This document shows, piece by piece, positions 60,801 through 64,000 of a stretch of DNA of 64,000 nucleotides. Position numbers and translations under genes: made by a program. Source of the DNA: an uncultured bacterium (GTDB lineage Bacteria > CSSED10-310 > CAZUFC01). The stretch spans positions 15,879 to 79,878 of the forward strand of contig CAZUFC010000022.1 in NCBI GenBank assembly GCA_964619725.1. The letters run 5' to 3'. The notes beneath the pieces are model-generated. The model saw nothing but the letters and a program-made list of their open reading frames with translations. It was not told where the DNA came from and did no database searches. The stretch's first letter is position 1. Every line of letters starts with the position of its first letter.

Positions 60801-63462
60801 GGTATTCGATATTTTGTTTGCGGAAGGACAAAGGCGCTACATTGAAAGCCTTAATGCATACGCTAGACAATTCATCAAGCAGCTCAAAAAACCTGATATC
60901 GATTTCATCTCAGGAATTCCCCCTACCGTGGCGATAGAGCAGGGACTTTCCCGCGGCGGCAGGCGCTCGACGGTAGCCACGGTATCGGAAGTCTATGATT
61001 TTCTTCGTCTGCTTTTTTCAAAAGCCGGAGAACAATTCTGCCATCAGTGCGGCGCTCCGGTGATGGAACAGACCCCGGAAAAACTGGGAGACTTGATCCT
61101 TAAAAAATTCAAAAAAAATGATATCACCATCGCAGCACCGGTCATCGTAGGGCGAAAAGGTTTTCACAAAGAGGTTTTTGAATATCTGAAAAAGAAAAAT
61201 CATAAAAAAGCATTTGTAAACGGTGAGTTACGAGAAATAACGCCGACTTCTCGACTCGACAGATACAGGCTGCATGATATATCAGCCGTGATCCGGCGAC
61301 TGAAGGCCTCACCTCGTAACCGCACAGATATAGTCGATGCGATATGGGCAGCGGTGAATCTGTCCGGGGGAGAAGTACAAATACACACCCCTGCAGATTC
61401 ATCTTTTCATCTTTATTCGACACGTCTTTTCTGCAGAAAATGCAATATAGGCTTTGCGGAACTGGAACCCAGGACATTCTCGTTCAACAGTAAATACGGG
61501 GCCTGTCCCGAATGTTCCGGGACAGGATGCGTTTCTGTTATCTCTCCTGACCTGCTTGTAAAAAACGAAGAAGAGACGCTGGAGGGCGATGCTCTTGCCA
61601 TAAATATCAAAACCTGGTTTTCCCGCCGTCCGCTTAAGTACATCAGAGCCCTCATGAAGCAAGAGCATGCATTGGATTTAAACAAGCCGCTGAAGGCTTT
61701 TTCACAAGAAGAACGGGATATTCTGTTTTATGGAAGAAATGATGGATTCTCTGGTCTCGTCAATATTTTGAAGGAAGAAATAGCGCGATTCAGGTATCCC
61801 AAATACGCAAGATTTTTAAAAAGATTCCTGTTAGAGAAACAATGTCCGGCGTGTGAAGGACTGCGGTTGAAACCCTCATCGTTGGCCGTGCAAATTCTCG
61901 ATATGAACATCGCTGACATTTTGCATAAAACGGTATCAGAAGCCAGGCAGGTTCTGCAGAAGATAAAACTGACCGGAAGGCGGGGAGCAGCGGCAGAAGA
62001 AATCATCCCCGAAATGGCCTCCCGGTTGATGTTCATGGAAGAGGTAGGGCTGGGATACCTGACGCTTGATCGCGGCATAAGGACGTTATCCGGCGGCGAA
62101 TCGCAGAGAATTCGGCTGGCGGCTCAACTCGGCAGCAATCTACGGGGAGTCTGCTACATCCTGGATGAGCCGACCATAGGATTACACAGGAAAGACAACA
62201 TGAGGCTGATCAATGTCCTTAGGCTTCTGCAGCAGAAGGGCAATACTGTGGTGGTGGTCGAACATGACGAAGAAACGATCCGTTCAAGCGACCATATCAT
62301 CGATTTAGGACCGCAGGGCGGCGCTTTCGGTGGGGAGCTCGTATCTTCAGGCACTGTTAAAGAGATACTGAATAATAAAAATTCTAAAACGGCGATATGC
62401 CTAAGAAAGCAGGCTGAAAGAAAAACTATTCCGAAACGGAAAACAAAACGGCGTAATATACCCAAAATAAGAATCAAGCGTGCCGGAACCCGCAATCTCA
62501 AAAACGTAAGCGTTTCCATACCGCAGGGGGCTGTAACGTGCGTTTGCGGAGTATCGGGATCGGGAAAGAGCTCCCTCGTTCAGGATACGCTTTATCCATT
62601 AATGGTCAATCATCTGAGAAAAATGCCCATTCCGGAATATACACGGGGCAGACTCGAATGTGACGGACATATCAAAAGAGTTCTTTTCGTGGACCAATCG
62701 CCTATAGGCAGAACTCCGCGATCAACTCCCGCCACTTACGTGGGTTTCTTCGACGATATTCGAAAGCTGTATGCTTCCCTGCCGGAATCGGTTATGCGAG
62801 GATACAAGCCCGGTCGATTTTCTTTCAACGTAAAAGAAGGATATTGCCCGAAATGCAAAGGACAGGGAAGAATAAAGGTGGAAATGAAATTTCTGCCGGA
62901 TGTCTATGTTCCCTGCGAAATATGCCGGGGAAGACGTTACAATATGCAAACGCTCGATATCCGGTACAGGGGAAAAGATATTTCTCAGATACTGGATATG
63001 ACCATGGAAGAGGCTGCCGGTTTTTTCTCGTTTGCTCCATCCATATCAAAATATCTGGAAATTCTAAAGGAAATCGGGCTTGGTTATTTAAAACTGGGAC
63101 AGGGCAGCAATACTCTCTCAGGAGGAGAAGCCCAGAGGATAAAGTTATGTTCCGAACTGGGAAAAGCCGGCTCCATGACCACTTTATATCTCCTGGACGA
63201 ACCCACCACAGGCCTGCACAGCTCAGACATCAAAAAACTGACGGCGGTACTAAGAAAACTGGCTCAAAAGGGCCATACCATAGTGGTTATAGAACATAAC
63301 CTGGAATTCATCCTGGAGTCGGATTACCTCATAGACATAGGACCCGAAGGCGGCGAACAGGGCGGCAAAATAACGGCCAGAGGTTACCTGGATAACCTTC
63401 TCAAAAAAAATGGTCCGCAGTCCCATACGCTCCATTATCTGAGGAAAGAAGTATATGGGTAG
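57862..63462 (+). CDS. uvrA: Excinuclease ABC subunit A, double-length (two fused UvrA units)
   Basis: Four Walker A (GxSGSGKS) and four LSGGE/DEP sets plus zinc fingers. Start placed at ATG 57862 (MKPLIRIFGARQHNLK), because the upstream extension merely translates REP DNA. Confidence 0.95.
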   Translation: MKPLIRIFGARQHNLKGFDLDLPLNRLIAVTGVSGSGKSSLAFETLYAEGQRRYVETFSPYMRQFLDRMDRPRVDEIQGIPPAIAIDQVNPVKTSRSTVGTMTEINDLLKLLYARLGRLFCRNCGREVFRESPEIVYERLKEHSDGRITIAVSYPVEEAYEKTAEYLIRNGFRRILIDGKPFLLEEDPTVIENRTAADVIIDRFEIKANKDRERIVESIEQAYYLGQGQAKVLTEDGGELSFSRKFHCAECNIDYPEPNPNLFSFNSPLGACPECEGFGKIIGISPELVVPNPELTIEEGAVKPWDVPVARYERQQLMQMCRKHGIPTDKPYRTLTDEQKRIIFEGDEEFYGIYDFFQWLEKKKYKMHVRVFLARYRSYSQCPSCRGRRLKPEALLFRINGYNIHDLALVSIDDLLHLFKDEIAEITKDEASQTIYKEIAGRLQYLTDAGVGYLTLDRQSRTLSGGEVERVNLTTALGSALVNTLFVLDEPSIGLHPRDTDRLIGILKNLRNRGNTVLVVEHDASVIKAADQIVDMGPESGERGGSVIFQGKFEELLKCRESLTGRYLSGDIPLPLPEKRRKTKPGNFIGIKGASQHNLKNIDVDIPLNCLVCITGVSGSGKSTLMNDVLYPAIRKAKGDPTLQAGKHDEITGADRIDNAVLIDQSPISKSSRTTPVTVSKAFDHIRKLYAGVPESIKRNYKPGHFSFNSRRAQCPTCKGEGYEILEMQFLADIRFRCPDCEGKRYIPEVLEVKYKGKSIAETLDMSVDEALKFFSEEKEIVNKLRPVVRLGLGYLTLGQPLNMLSGGESQRLKLIKFLGRSRKNRTLFLLDEPTTGLHFNDIDHLLKTLEHLIQKGNSVVVIEHNLQVIRWADHIIDLGPDGGDAGGYVTASGAPELIADRKNSHTGKYLKAFIRDSRNPFQTEEPFLPSSSFPVKSSSNGSIVVSGACENNLKNVSIEFPVNKMTTVTGISGSGKSTLVFDILFAEGQRRYIESLNAYARQFIKQLKKPDIDFISGIPPTVAIEQGLSRGGRRSTVATVSEVYDFLRLLFSKAGEQFCHQCGAPVMEQTPEKLGDLILKKFKKNDITIAAPVIVGRKGFHKEVFEYLKKKNHKKAFVNGELREITPTSRLDRYRLHDISAVIRRLKASPRNRTDIVDAIWAAVNLSGGEVQIHTPADSSFHLYSTRLFCRKCNIGFAELEPRTFSFNSKYGACPECSGTGCVSVISPDLLVKNEEETLEGDALAINIKTWFSRRPLKYIRALMKQEHALDLNKPLKAFSQEERDILFYGRNDGFSGLVNILKEEIARFRYPKYARFLKRFLLEKQCPACEGLRLKPSSLAVQILDMNIADILHKTVSEARQVLQKIKLTGRRGAAAEEIIPEMASRLMFMEEVGLGYLTLDRGIRTLSGGESQRIRLAAQLGSNLRGVCYILDEPTIGLHRKDNMRLINVLRLLQQKGNTVVVVEHDEETIRSSDHIIDLGPQGGAFGGELVSSGTVKEILNNKNSKTAICLRKQAERKTIPKRKTKRRNIPKIRIKRAGTRNLKNVSVSIPQGAVTCVCGVSGSGKSSLVQDTLYPLMVNHLRKMPIPEYTRGRLECDGHIKRVLFVDQSPIGRTPRSTPATYVGFFDDIRKLYASLPESVMRGYKPGRFSFNVKEGYCPKCKGQGRIKVEMKFLPDVYVPCEICRGRRYNMQTLDIRYRGKDISQILDMTMEEAAGFFSFAPSISKYLEILKEIGLGYLKLGQGSNTLSGGEAQRIKLCSELGKAGSMTTLYLLDEPTTGLHSSDIKKLTAVLRKLAQKGHTIVVIEHNLEFILESDYLIDIGPEGGEQGGKITARGYLDNLLKKNGPQSHTLHYLRKEVYG

Positions 63463-63473
63463 AGTGTTTGCCC

Positions 63474-63599
63474 AGGGCTCTGACCCCGCTTTGAACCCTT
63501 GCTGGATGCTGGATTACGGATACCCTTGGGGCTTTCTATTGGATTCGCAAGAGTTTCTGAAGGGCTCTGACCCCGTTCTGGACCGTTCTGGAGCGTTCT
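63474..63599 (+). repeat. Two REP-like motifs (63474, 63561) with a 10-bp stutter
   Basis: AGGGCTCTGACCCC twice; the second is followed by GTTCTG-GACC-GTTCTG-GAGC-GTTCT. Confidence 0.9.
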
Positions 63600-63963
63600 A
63601 TTGCGAGAAATGCTTCTTGGAAAATATGAGCGGCAGGAGCATGATAATAATGTAGACCGTATTCAACAGGGCGTTCAGGTGTATTTTGCAATAGATGGAG
63701 AAGAAGGAATCGACAAGGTACCATGTAATGAAAGCTACTAGCAGGGCGTTCCATGTCCATTTTTGTTTTTGCATGAATGCATTGGCGGCTATGAATATTA
63801 TCAGGATTCCCAATGCCAGACTCATGCCCCCGCAGGCTCCGTAAACCCAGTTGCGAAACTGTTGCGCTTCCTTTGGAACGGTTCCTTCTTTCCAAAAGGC
63901 ATCTTTAACGTAACCGATGTCAGCGTTCAGGAAGGCCAGGGCTCCTAGATAGTTTTTGTCCAT
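63598..63963 (-). CDS. Hypothetical membrane protein (about 3 TM helices)
   Basis: Hydrophobic 121-aa ORF convergent with uvrA; the N-terminus is uncertain. Confidence 0.6.
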   Translation of the reverse strand: MDKNYLGALAFLNADIGYVKDAFWKEGTVPKEAQQFRNWVYGACGGMSLALGILIIFIAANAFMQKQKWTWNALLVAFITWYLVDSFFSIYCKIHLNALLNTVYIIIMLLPLIFSKKHFSQ

Positions 63964-64000
63964 AAACGGCTAATTTTTCCCAATACTGCGTCAGTCTTCG

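Overview
Bacterial chromosomal window, probably from an uncultured diderm lineage (TolC, CsgG-like lipoprotein and a gingipain-like protease are present; taxonomy not determined). From left to right it holds: groES-groEL with a CIRCE-like operator; a DUF5695-like protein; a DnaJ-class chaperone; a JAB-DinG helicase; a Mo-hydroxylase/carbamate kinase/PLP/carbamoyltransferase catabolic cluster; several secreted proteins with Pro/Thr linkers; a patch of gene remnants; a DUF799/CsgG/FlgT-like trio; a Ser/Thr kinase-PDZ plus MacAB-TolC-like operon; a 5.2 kb C25 peptidase; galT; a Flp/Tad pilin cluster without motor genes; two tandem copies of a REP-associated tyrosine transposase (RAYT); and a double-length uvrA. 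Three things stand out. (1) An intergenic motif, AGGGCTCTGACCCC, occurs about 14 times and is tied to tandem duplications from about 10 bp to 2,379 bp; several of them break 6-7 nt 3' of the motif, suggesting a RAYT/REP-driven duplication mechanism. (2) Three unrelated secreted proteins share a ~110-aa C-terminal domain that I cannot name, a candidate lineage-specific sorting domain, alongside a second IPTL-CTERM-like tail class. (3) G/C skew follows a saw-tooth pattern that flips at intergenic sites. No rRNA, tRNA or CRISPR array was recognised. All family calls come from motif recognition by eye, not from database searches.
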